Positions 30,402 through 38,759 of a stretch of DNA of 57,396 bases are shown here, in pieces. The notes below the pieces were generated by a model. It had not been told where the DNA came from, searched no databases, and was given only the letters and a program-made list of their open reading frames with translations. Position 1 is the first letter of the stretch. Every line of letters starts with the position of its first letter. The stretch comes from Promethearchaeota archaeon (GTDB taxonomy: Archaea > Asgardarchaeota > Lokiarchaeia > Sigyniarchaeales > SOKP01). The stretch spans positions 1-57,396 of the forward strand of contig JAFGGO010000162.1 of NCBI GenBank assembly GCA_016930515.1, given 5' to 3'. A program made the position numbers and the translations under genes.

Positions 30402-31652
30402 ATGTTGACGAAACAAGAAGATCTCGACGATGAAAAAGCGCGCAAACAGAAGAGAGAAAATATTGAAAAAAATATTGGTGTAAAATTGACAAGCAATAAC
30501 GAGGAAGAAAAGAAAACTTTCAGCGAACTACTAAAAGAATACGAAGATTCGCTTATAAAGCAAGGAAGCGATTCCTTTGATGCTGCAAGTTCTCCCGTAT
30601 ATTTAAGCTGGAAAGCTTACAAAAGAATTGCGGGATACGCACTACGTTATTCAAACGAGCAAATAGATCCAGCTGAATGGCGAGAAGTATACGGCCTTTT
30701 AATTGGTCATATTGAAGAAGGGAAGAGATTAATTGTTAGCGACGCCATCCCCATGACAGTAGGAGATGCTCATGGTGTGGAGTTTGAATATATTCACTAT
30801 GCTGATTACGCCGAAATCGACGGTAACGTCTTTCAAAGAAGTATAGAAGATGGAAAAGAAGAATTCACCGTTGGATGGTGGCATTCTCACCCAGGGATGG
30901 GACATTTTTTCAGCCCGACCGATACGGCGACTCAACTTTACTATCAAAGTCTGAATCCCTACGCAATAGCCATTGAGTTCGACCACCAGGAAAAATCCGA
31001 AGATAATTTAGGAATTAAAGCATTAAGATTAACCCGTGTTGAGGATGGCATGGAGAGCCCTTATGATTTCGTAGAACTTCGGTATTTTGTTGACAGCAAC
31101 AAGGAGATTCATGAAAAAATCAAAGCAACCATCGCTAAAATGAACGAAAAGATGCCTGAAGTATTAGGTGCGCTAGATTATATCGATAACACGATCGTAA
31201 AAAAAGAACTTCCAAATTTACAAAAGAAATTTAGCTTGTTATTGAATCCTGAAGAAGAAGACGAAGAAGAATATAAATACGAGGAGAAATCCTATATTTG
31301 GGATTCTGAATCAATAACATTAACAAAAGGAGCACCAAAATTTCGAGCAAAAATTGAGAGCGAAATAGAACAATGTTCAATTCAACTACAAGATCTCCAG
31401 AAAAAAAGCGCCACGGAAAAATATAATCAAAAAAAGGAGCAATTTAGGGAGAAAATCAAGGCTTTGCTTGATAAACCGAACGTACAACTTCATAAAGTAA
31501 TGGACGATTATGGAAAGGCTTACGAAGTTATTCTTCCCTTTCGAGACTTCTTGGACAGCAAGGAGAGAAAAGCACTCGAAAATTTTGAAGAATGGATATA
31601 CGGATATTTTAGGGTACTAGACAACTTAAAATTCGCCTTAGCAAATTTATAG
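30402..31652 (+). CDS. JAMM/MPN+ metalloprotease (Rpn11/CSN5-like) with coiled-coil C-terminus
   Basis: EVYGLLIG plus GWWHSHPGMGHFFSPTD gives a complete E...H-x-H-x7-S-x2-D motif. Confidence 0.88.
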   Translation: MLTKQEDLDDEKARKQKRENIEKNIGVKLTSNNEEEKKTFSELLKEYEDSLIKQGSDSFDAASSPVYLSWKAYKRIAGYALRYSNEQIDPAEWREVYGLLIGHIEEGKRLIVSDAIPMTVGDAHGVEFEYIHYADYAEIDGNVFQRSIEDGKEEFTVGWWHSHPGMGHFFSPTDTATQLYYQSLNPYAIAIEFDHQEKSEDNLGIKALRLTRVEDGMESPYDFVELRYFVDSNKEIHEKIKATIAKMNEKMPEVLGALDYIDNTIVKKELPNLQKKFSLLLNPEEEDEEEYKYEEKSYIWDSESITLTKGAPKFRAKIESEIEQCSIQLQDLQKKSATEKYNQKKEQFREKIKALLDKPNVQLHKVMDDYGKAYEVILPFRDFLDSKERKALENFEEWIYGYFRVLDNLKFALANL

Positions 31653-31809
31653 GTTTATATGAAGGGTTAAAATTTAATATAAAAAATCCAGAATTTGATG
31701 AAATTATTGTAAAAATTTGATAAGTTTTATATTGAGAAAGTCATTATACAATATAGGACTTCTTTTAATTCAATAATTTAGTCATCTTAGCTCAAGAAGA
31801 AGATAACTC

Positions 31810-32172
31810 ATGAAAAAAACTACAAATCCCAACTTTTCGAAAAGAAAATACAATAGGCGTCCTCCAAGAAGCAACAACGATAATCGAAACAACGACGCGA
31901 TCATTATCAGAAATAGGGACAATAAAAACCAGCTAATAAAAGACGCAATATTTGCCTTTACTGGTGGAAAAAAATCCTTGCTCATCAAGGGCGAAGGGAA
32001 CGAAATTTCAACCGCCGTAGAAGTAGCGGAAATCATAAAAAATCGCATGTACCCGAGCATAGAAGTGGCCAACATTTCGCTTGGGAGCAGGCCTTATTTT
32101 CAAAAAAACAATTCAAAAAATACCAAATCCGATATTGTATCAAAAATCGAAATATTACTAAAAACAACTTAA
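31810..32172 (+). CDS. Alba-family nucleic-acid-binding protein with basic N-terminal extension
   Basis: IKGEGNEISTAVEVAEIIKNR...ISLGS...VSKIEILL matches the Alba core. Confidence 0.8.
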   Translation: MKKTTNPNFSKRKYNRRPPRSNNDNRNNDAIIIRNRDNKNQLIKDAIFAFTGGKKSLLIKGEGNEISTAVEVAEIIKNRMYPSIEVANISLGSRPYFQKNNSKNTKSDIVSKIEILLKTT

Positions 32173-32184
32173 TAATTTTGTTGT

Positions 32185-32358
32185 ATGACATCCAATTTCA
32201 AAAATCTAGGTCCGATGTTAGACGAAACGAGAACTACTGCCGTCTGTGAAATTTGCCATAATTACATCTATAAAAGAGTATATATGCTTTTAGACGAGGG
32301 AAAAAACAAAACTAAGACCGTTTTTGTTTGCAAAACCTGCCTTGAAAATGGTGTTTGA
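32185..32358 (+). CDS. Small Zn-finger protein (57 aa; absent from the ORF track)
   Basis: MTSNFKNLGPMLDETRTTAVCEICHNYIYKRVYMLLDEGKNKTKTVFVCKTCLENGV has two CxxC pairs; starts 12 bp after Alba. Confidence 0.7.
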   Translation: MTSNFKNLGPMLDETRTTAVCEICHNYIYKRVYMLLDEGKNKTKTVFVCKTCLENGV

Positions 32359-32368
32359 TTGGGGAATT

Positions 32369-33169
32369 TTAATTTGTCAATTTCTTTTTTTTCCGATCGT
32401 CTAAGAACTTATTCCAGTTAAAACTCATGATAAAAAACATGACGGTAAGTGTAATGATGATCATGATAGTTTCAGTTACTACGCTTGATATATCATCGTC
32501 CGTTAATCCCGTAGCTATGACCCCCAACCGGAAAAGTATGGGCCATATACAATAGGCAATAGTAGTTACAGTCTTGCCGAGCCACCCAGGTATTATGCAT
32601 TTCCAAGCGGGATATTTTATCATGCCAAGTGGGAGGAATATTATGTCATCTGGAAGTGGCGTTAGAGCAAATAAAAAAACAAGCAATGGAGTGCGTTTTG
32701 GATTTTCAAGTATCAATTTTCCAAATCCATTAATATTCTGGACGACCGTAGAACTTTTTCCATTGATCATTTTCTTAGCACCGTATCCAACAACATATCC
32801 CGATAGTTCCCCTAACGCACATCCTAATCCACCAATTATAGCGATTCCGAGAATTGCGAACCAAAAAGGTGAAGAGCTTGTTGCGGCATTTATCGTGACA
32901 TAATTAGCCATTAAAGAAGAGGAAAGCGTGAATAGTACGAAAGGAAACGGCACTGGGAACGCTATCGAGGCGCTACCTATAAAACAGATTCCAAACGATA
33001 TTAAAAGCGCCCAATAATAATTCGAGCCTGAGGTCAGTCCAGCCATATTGGCCCTGACTAACACGATTGCTTCCTGAAAGGGATTGTAAAACAAGAAAAA
33101 AATCAAATAAACAATTACTGTAATGTAAAACACTAAAAAGGTAATTGTTAACTTTTTCGAAACTGCCAT
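32369..33169 (-). CDS. DedA/VTT-domain membrane protein (VMP1/TMEM41-related superfamily)
   Basis: FPVPF, GLGCALGELSGYVVGYG, FALTPLPDDIIFLPLG...GWLGK. Confidence 0.8.
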   Translation of the reverse strand: MAVSKKLTITFLVFYITVIVYLIFFLFYNPFQEAIVLVRANMAGLTSGSNYYWALLISFGICFIGSASIAFPVPFPFVLFTLSSSLMANYVTINAATSSSPFWFAILGIAIIGGLGCALGELSGYVVGYGAKKMINGKSSTVVQNINGFGKLILENPKRTPLLVFLFALTPLPDDIIFLPLGMIKYPAWKCIIPGWLGKTVTTIAYCIWPILFRLGVIATGLTDDDISSVVTETIMIIITLTVMFFIMSFNWNKFLDDRKKKKLTN

Positions 33170-33200
33170 ATTAATATCTTGCCATCGCTATTTAATTCAA

Positions 33201-33584
33201 TCATTTTTTTGATAACTTGCAATTCAGGCCGTTTCGAACTGTTTGAAAAAAGGTTACATTAGATACGAGTTTTCCTATACGATTAACATTGTTTGGCATT
33301 TCAATGTCCTCAATAGCGATAATTATTTCGTCAGATTTGGGATTATAAGCAAGATCACCTTTTTGAATCGTCTTGGTTGCTTTCGAATCAGGACCTTTTC
33401 GTATTCCAACATTCATTAACATCCAATATTTATTCGAACCAAATCCAAATCTCCCTCGAAGAACGAAAGGCATTTTATTTAAAATGGCGTCGGCACTGAT
33501 AGGACCTAAATGTCGAATGATCGTAGCGTCAACAGATCCCACTCCTAAAAAATCGATTTCGATTGGTATTTCTGCTTCAGACAT
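33201..33584 (-). CDS. Cyclophilin-like fold protein (DUF369/UPF0288-like)
   Basis: RHLGPISADAILNKMP...KGDLAYNP...VNRIGK. Confidence 0.65.
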   Translation of the reverse strand: MSEAEIPIEIDFLGVGSVDATIIRHLGPISADAILNKMPFVLRGRFGFGSNKYWMLMNVGIRKGPDSKATKTIQKGDLAYNPKSDEIIIAIEDIEMPNNVNRIGKLVSNVTFFQTVRNGLNCKLSKK

Positions 33585-33712
33585 GGCATTAAAGGATTAA
33601 ATTTGAAAACGTTAATGTAAATAAATAATAATATTAAGTTTTATTAAATAATGTTTTAGGAAAATTAAATTTTCGTTTAAAGAAACATAAAAATGTAGAG
33701 TATTAATGAAAA

Positions 33713-33877
33713 TTATTTCGTTAATTCACGTCGCTTAAGTCTTAGTTCCTTGCCGTGACATCTCCTGCATTTCTTTGCCTTTACGGGATTCAAGGCACCA
33801 CACCTGCGGCAAACACTCTTTTCTAAAAGGTGATATCGTGCTATTTTACGCTTGAAAAGGTCGTCTATAGGGGCCAT
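33713..33877 (-). CDS. rpl40e: 50S ribosomal protein L40e (absent from the ORF track)
   Basis: MAPIDDLFKRKIARYHLLEKSVCRRCGALNPVKAKKCRRCHGKELRLKRRELTK, the C4 L40e signature. Confidence 0.93.
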   Translation of the reverse strand: MAPIDDLFKRKIARYHLLEKSVCRRCGALNPVKAKKCRRCHGKELRLKRRELTK

Positions 33878-34153
33878 ATTCCATCGATTTGTTTAGAGTA
33901 ATTCCATGTGTATTATGAAAAGTATAAAAAGAATAATTAAGGCAATAAATTAAGTTTTTTGTTTTTGATGGTTGACTTTTTAAGGGTAATTCATAGTATA
34001 GAACTTTTAGAGACAACGGTATATTAACAGCAAATACTTGTAAAAAAATAAAGTATAATCCTTATTATGATATACCGATGTAAAAACAAAAAAATTAAAA
34101 TTCCATGTTTAATTGAAGTATATATTATAGAATCATTTTAGAACTTGAACAAG

Positions 34154-34348
34154 ATGCCGCGAGAAATATTTGACGAAAATAAATTTTTAGAATTATCTGA
34201 ATACGCCGTCCATTGTCGGGTAAAATCAACCAAGGAGTCGGTCAAGTTAAAATTAAGGACAAAAAAAAATTTATATACTTACAAAACCGACCCGCAATCC
34301 GCAGAACGCCTTTTGAAAAACATTAGTTGCGATGTTATAGAATTGTAA
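34154..34348 (+). CDS. rpl38e: Ribosomal protein L38e
   Basis: MPREIFDENKFLEL...VKLKLRTKKNLYTYK matches eL38 (MPxxI...KFKxR..YLYT). Confidence 0.88.
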   Translation: MPREIFDENKFLELSEYAVHCRVKSTKESVKLKLRTKKNLYTYKTDPQSAERLLKNISCDVIEL

Positions 34349-34422
34349 ATGAGCATACCGCTTTCTTTTGTCCCATACTATATATTGATTATCACCTTTC
34401 CTTCTCTAAAAGAAAGAAATTA

Positions 34423-34700
34423 TTAGTCTAACGGATTTTTACAAGTACAACATTTTTCTCCTTTCTGTTAAAGAGTAAGTAGGCAATTTTTGCAATAAAA
34501 AGCGTTACAATGAGGACATATACATGTTTCCCCTTTATTTGACCTTTATGAACTAAACACACGAATGATTTTTTCTGAACATCAATTTCAGATTCGATTC
34601 CTGTGAGTTCTTCACTTTAAGATTCTGTCTTTTTTTTTCAACTTCGATTTTAAGCGGTTTTTTGTGCAACTTTTCTTGTTTTTTATCGAGTATTTGGAAT
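34423..34700 (-). pseudogene. Decayed remnant of the RING-like cytoplasmic tail found in 1209..5291
   Basis: Reads IESEIDVQKKSFVCLVHKGQIKGKHV/(frameshift)CPHCNAFYCKNCLLTL*QKGEKCCTCKNPLD*, compared with TESEIEVKKPEFFCLVHKGQVKGENVYLCPHCNAFYCKECVEVLRHRGEKCWLCNKPLN. Confidence 0.85.
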
Positions 34701-34839
34701 TAAACAATTATTTAGGGTAATAATTTTTCAATTGAAACCTCAAAATCTCTGAAAGAACATGTTAAATTTAAAATATCATAAAACCTATATTAGAGCGTAA
34801 ATTAATGATCAACATACTCAAACCAAAGTTGATATAAAG

Positions 34840-35355
34840 ATGAAAGAGCTTCCTGCATGTCAAGCTTGCATAAGTAGCGAATTCCCGTGCAAAAGATGCC
34901 AGAAAAGGCTGGATTCGGGCGATCTAACACAGTTCGAAATAGACTTGGCCAAGGAGCTTGTTCAACTCGAGGAAGAAGAGCCGCAAAAGTTTGGATTCTT
35001 GAAGGATGTATCTTTTTACAAGGCAATTGATTACGAAGATGTTGTAATACTAGTTATTGGCAAAAAGGATAAAATTAAAATAACAAAGGAATTATTAGAC
35101 CTGCTCAAAAACGCTTACGAAATCGACAAGATCATTCTCATTGAAAAAACAAGCAAACCACGGCCGATCGTTGATAGTTTGATCGCCCCGAGCAAATTAG
35201 TGTCATTGAACGAGATATTTTTAGCCACGGGAGATATAGAATTTAAAGCGGTCATATCCAAGGAAGATAAGGATAATATTTTGTTTACGAAAGAAGAATT
35301 AGAAGAACTAATATTTGAACTGACTGGTAGCATTACAAGAGTGGAATTCGAATGA
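34840..35355 (+). CDS. Archaeal NusA-like protein (Zn-binding plus KH-like)
   Basis: N-terminal CxxC...CxxC followed by SGDLTQFEIDLAKEL; family typically found beside pth2/truD. Confidence 0.72.
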   Translation: MKELPACQACISSEFPCKRCQKRLDSGDLTQFEIDLAKELVQLEEEEPQKFGFLKDVSFYKAIDYEDVVILVIGKKDKIKITKELLDLLKNAYEIDKIILIEKTSKPRPIVDSLIAPSKLVSLNEIFLATGDIEFKAVISKEDKDNILFTKEELEELIFELTGSITRVEFE

Positions 35356-35429
35356 ATTACATGTTATGGTAGTGTTTAACGGTCTCTTTTTGTTTTTAAT
35401 ATTATACCTGGAAATAATTTCAAAAAAGG

Positions 35430-35792
35430 TTGATTAAATTGGAATATAAGCAAGTGATTGTTTTGAGAACGGATTTAAAAATGGGAACGGGAAAGAAATG
35501 CGCTCAGGCATGTCACGCAAGCGTTTCCGCTTCAGATTTAGTGAGAACGAAAAGTAAGAACGAGTGGAAGGCGTGGAAGAATAGTGGTCAGAAAAAAGTC
35601 GTTTTAAAAGTCGGTAGTTTAGAAGAAATGTCGTTAATCTACAACGAAGTAAGCAAAAAAAACATTCATTGTTTTATTGTAAGAGATGCAGGATTAACTC
35701 AGCTTTCTCCTGGAACAACCACAGCCTTAGGGATAGGCCCCGTTCTTTCAAGCAAAATTGACGAAATTACTAAAGATTTGAAACTATTATAG
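35430..35792 (+). CDS. pth2: Peptidyl-tRNA hydrolase Pth2
   Basis: [51 protein letters not shown]. Confidence 0.96.
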   Translation: MIKLEYKQVIVLRTDLKMGTGKKCAQACHASVSASDLVRTKSKNEWKAWKNSGQKKVVLKVGSLEEMSLIYNEVSKKNIHCFIVRDAGLTQLSPGTTTALGIGPVLSSKIDEITKDLKLL

Positions 35793-35803
35793 AAGGGATT
35801 TCC

Positions 35804-37177
35804 TTGTTCGACGATGAAAGTATCGATAAGATCGACGAAAGAATGGTTGAAAAACTCGTAGGAATCGAGCATTATCTGTCGTCTGACTATGAAGGCATAG
35901 GTGGAATATATAAAATCAGCCATAAAGACTTTATCGTAAAAGAAATCACATCTACAGGACACGTATTAGAAATAAGAGAGGATTCTGAAAGTCCACCTTT
36001 TTTGAAGGATTCAAAAGATAGATATACTACTTTTAACATTGTTAAAGTCAACCAAGATGCATTTCAAGCGTTTAAAGAACTAAGTTACGCATTAAAGATT
36101 CCCTTGGAGAATATTAGCTACGCTGGAATCAAGGATAAATGTGCAATTAGCGTTCAAGAAGCATCAATTCCTGGAAATCACATTGAGGCATTAAAAAAAA
36201 TCAAACTACGGGATATCTACATAAGAAACATTCATCCGACAAGAAAACCTATTAAAATTGGTGATCATCAAGGCAATAATTTTACAATCGTCATAAGAAA
36301 CATAGCAAAATCCGATCAATTAGAAAGAAATGTAAAGCAATTGATATCCTTTTTAGGGAAGAATGGTTTTCCAAATTATTATGGTTTGCAGAGATTCGGA
36401 AGCTTAAGACCAAATTCTCACAAGGTTGGGAGATTTCTGCTCCACGAAGATTACGAAAACGCATATAAAGAGTTCGTTACCTCCGTTTACAAAACAGAAA
36501 GCCTAAGTGCCCGACAAGCAAGAGAGAACTTATACTCCAACGGGGATCTTGAAAAAGCATTAGTAGAGTTTCCAAAAAGCCTCAAGTACGAGAGAAAGAT
36601 GATAAAGCACCTAATTAATAATCCTGGAGATTACAAGGGGGCTTTAAGAACCCTACCTCTTGGCCTTGAAACATTGCTAATTAGTGCCTTTCAATCATGG
36701 TTTTTCAATAAGATGATTTCAATTCGTGTTGAGAAAGGTGATTCCTTGCTTGAACCCATTAAGGGAGATGTTATTGGAATTTTGGACGATGTAAATGGTA
36801 ATCTTACCAAAATCACATATCTATTTGGTAACCGTTACGACAATTATTTAAAGCAAGCAATTGAACTAAATAGAGCAGTAATAGTTATGCCATTAATAGG
36901 ATATAACACGAATTTGGATGATTTTCCCGCCGTAAAAGATTTATTTTACGAAGTGATAGCGCGAGAAGGAATAGACAGGCGCATCTTTCAGGAAGAGACT
37001 TTAAAGAGCCACGATTTCAAAGGTTCGTTTAGGGCAATTACGTTAAAGCCAATCGGGTTAAATATCTTAGAGATAACCAACGACGACATGTTTCCAGACA
37101 AGAAGAAAATTAGGATCGAATTTTCCTTGAGTCGAGGGTGTTATGCGACCATGTTGCTCCGAGAGTTAATGAAGTGA
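35804..37177 (+). CDS. truD: tRNA pseudouridine(13) synthase
   Basis: DFIVKEI, YAGIKDKCA, GNNFTI, PNYYGLQRFG, SAFQSWFFN, FSLSRGCYATMLLRE. Confidence 0.95.
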   Translation: MFDDESIDKIDERMVEKLVGIEHYLSSDYEGIGGIYKISHKDFIVKEITSTGHVLEIREDSESPPFLKDSKDRYTTFNIVKVNQDAFQAFKELSYALKIPLENISYAGIKDKCAISVQEASIPGNHIEALKKIKLRDIYIRNIHPTRKPIKIGDHQGNNFTIVIRNIAKSDQLERNVKQLISFLGKNGFPNYYGLQRFGSLRPNSHKVGRFLLHEDYENAYKEFVTSVYKTESLSARQARENLYSNGDLEKALVEFPKSLKYERKMIKHLINNPGDYKGALRTLPLGLETLLISAFQSWFFNKMISIRVEKGDSLLEPIKGDVIGILDDVNGNLTKITYLFGNRYDNYLKQAIELNRAVIVMPLIGYNTNLDDFPAVKDLFYEVIAREGIDRRIFQEETLKSHDFKGSFRAITLKPIGLNILEITNDDMFPDKKKIRIEFSLSRGCYATMLLRELMK

Positions 37178-38701
37178 TTGTTTTATTTTAATTACCAGTT
37201 CTTGACGAGTTTCGATACCGCAAATGTCCACGACATGGATTTTAATTAATTGAGATCCTGGTTTATCGTATGTTTGTGTTTTGGAAATCATCTTAAGCGT
37301 TCTTTTTTTTGGGGTTCGAAAAGAGACCCAATCCAAGCAAAACTCTTGTTGCTCATCATGATTAAAATCAACGCTCCAATAATCTATCCAATCAGAAAAT
37401 TTTCTAATATTATTTCGAATTTCTGGTAAAACCAAGTTTTCGTAAGGAACGATATAATCCTTTATTTCAACTCTTACTTTATTTTCATTCACATGACTTA
37501 TTAATACTAATCTTGGTCTTTCAATCGAATGAAGATCAATTTCGCATTTGTCCTTATCTAAGAATAGAAATTGTTCTATAAGGGATAAAAATTTAATATC
37601 ACTTGATAGTCTCATGATCTTGAAAGGATTCGCCCTTAATCCGTATGCATTCTTCCACTCAAAAATGTGGTTAGTATTGGATATATCCAAAAGCCTTTTC
37701 TTTACCATGTGAAGGGAATTCTGGGATAAATCGCACCCAATCCAACGTCTTTTTAATTTTTCAGCAACTGCAAGAGTCGTGCCCGATCCACAAAAAAAGT
37801 CTGCTACAAGATCGTTTTCGCTCGTTGATGCTAATATAATCCTCTTGAGAAGTCTTTCGGGTTTCTGAGTTGAAAAGCCTTGATATTCGAGGGTATTTGC
37901 CCTCACATACGGAATATCGGTCCATACATCTCTTGGAAAAACTCCCCTCTTTTTTAAATACACTTTTTGAGCCAATTTCTTCCCGTCGTGGCTCCCACCT
38001 CGGTAGTAAAATATGCCTTTTTCGTCCTTGTTTAGAGCGTTCTTGACGCGATCGGAATATTCCATGTAAATGTTTGGATCGTCGTTAAATTCGTAATTAG
38101 CTGATTTTGTATAATATAAGATGATATCAAAAGATCGAACATAGTACTTTTTAGTATGGGCCGAAGCTGCAGGATAGGCCCATATTATCTCGTTTCGGAA
38201 ATTACTTGCTCCAAATATCTCGTCCATCATCAATTTCACATAATGTCCTGCGTGCCAGTCCAAATGAATGTAAATACTTCCATCATCGGATAAAAGATCT
38301 TTTGCAAATAACAATCGTTCGTACATGAAACTAAGATACGATTCAAGACCGTTCTTCCACGAATCGTTGTAAGCCTGCTTTCGTACCCATTTATGGGACT
38401 TCTTGGATTCATCTCCATCCCCGATCTGAATCTTGTAATTGAATTCTCCCCCAGTAGCGAAGGGCGGATCAATATAAATCAGCTTTAATTTACGAGCAAA
38501 TTTTTTTAATATTACGGCCATTATAAGCTTATTGTCCCCCAATAGGAGTAGGTTATACCAAGACTCCTTGGTTTGTTTAAAAGCGGGTGGCTGAAGGGTT
38601 TCGATTAATTGAAGGCCCTCTTTTCCATAGTTATCCCCAAGTAAAGATTCATAAACTTTATGGGCTTCTTCTTTTCCATTCCAAGCTAAAAAACTTGCCA
38701 T
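37166..38701 (-). CDS. Site-specific DNA N6-adenine methyltransferase, type III Mod-like (orphan)
   Basis: LIYIDPPF, FRNEIIW, TQKPERLL, DFFCGSGTT (beta class); C-terminal WIDYWSVDF domain. Confidence 0.9.
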   Translation of the reverse strand: MASFLAWNGKEEAHKVYESLLGDNYGKEGLQLIETLQPPAFKQTKESWYNLLLLGDNKLIMAVILKKFARKLKLIYIDPPFATGGEFNYKIQIGDGDESKKSHKWVRKQAYNDSWKNGLESYLSFMYERLLFAKDLLSDDGSIYIHLDWHAGHYVKLMMDEIFGASNFRNEIIWAYPAASAHTKKYYVRSFDIILYYTKSANYEFNDDPNIYMEYSDRVKNALNKDEKGIFYYRGGSHDGKKLAQKVYLKKRGVFPRDVWTDIPYVRANTLEYQGFSTQKPERLLKRIILASTSENDLVADFFCGSGTTLAVAEKLKRRWIGCDLSQNSLHMVKKRLLDISNTNHIFEWKNAYGLRANPFKIMRLSSDIKFLSLIEQFLFLDKDKCEIDLHSIERPRLVLISHVNENKVRVEIKDYIVPYENLVLPEIRNNIRKFSDWIDYWSVDFNHDEQQEFCLDWVSFRTPKKRTLKMISKTQTYDKPGSQLIKIHVVDICGIETRQELVIKIKQSLH

Positions 38702-38759
38702 TAATTAGATATTATTCGATATAAATATAAAATTGTTGTTAGGTCAATTCAGAAAAAAA

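Noticed and set aside
33713-33877. Ubiquitin-eL40 fusion as in eukaryotes
   Set aside because: The ORF starts directly with the L40e sequence; no ubiquitin-like frame lies upstream.
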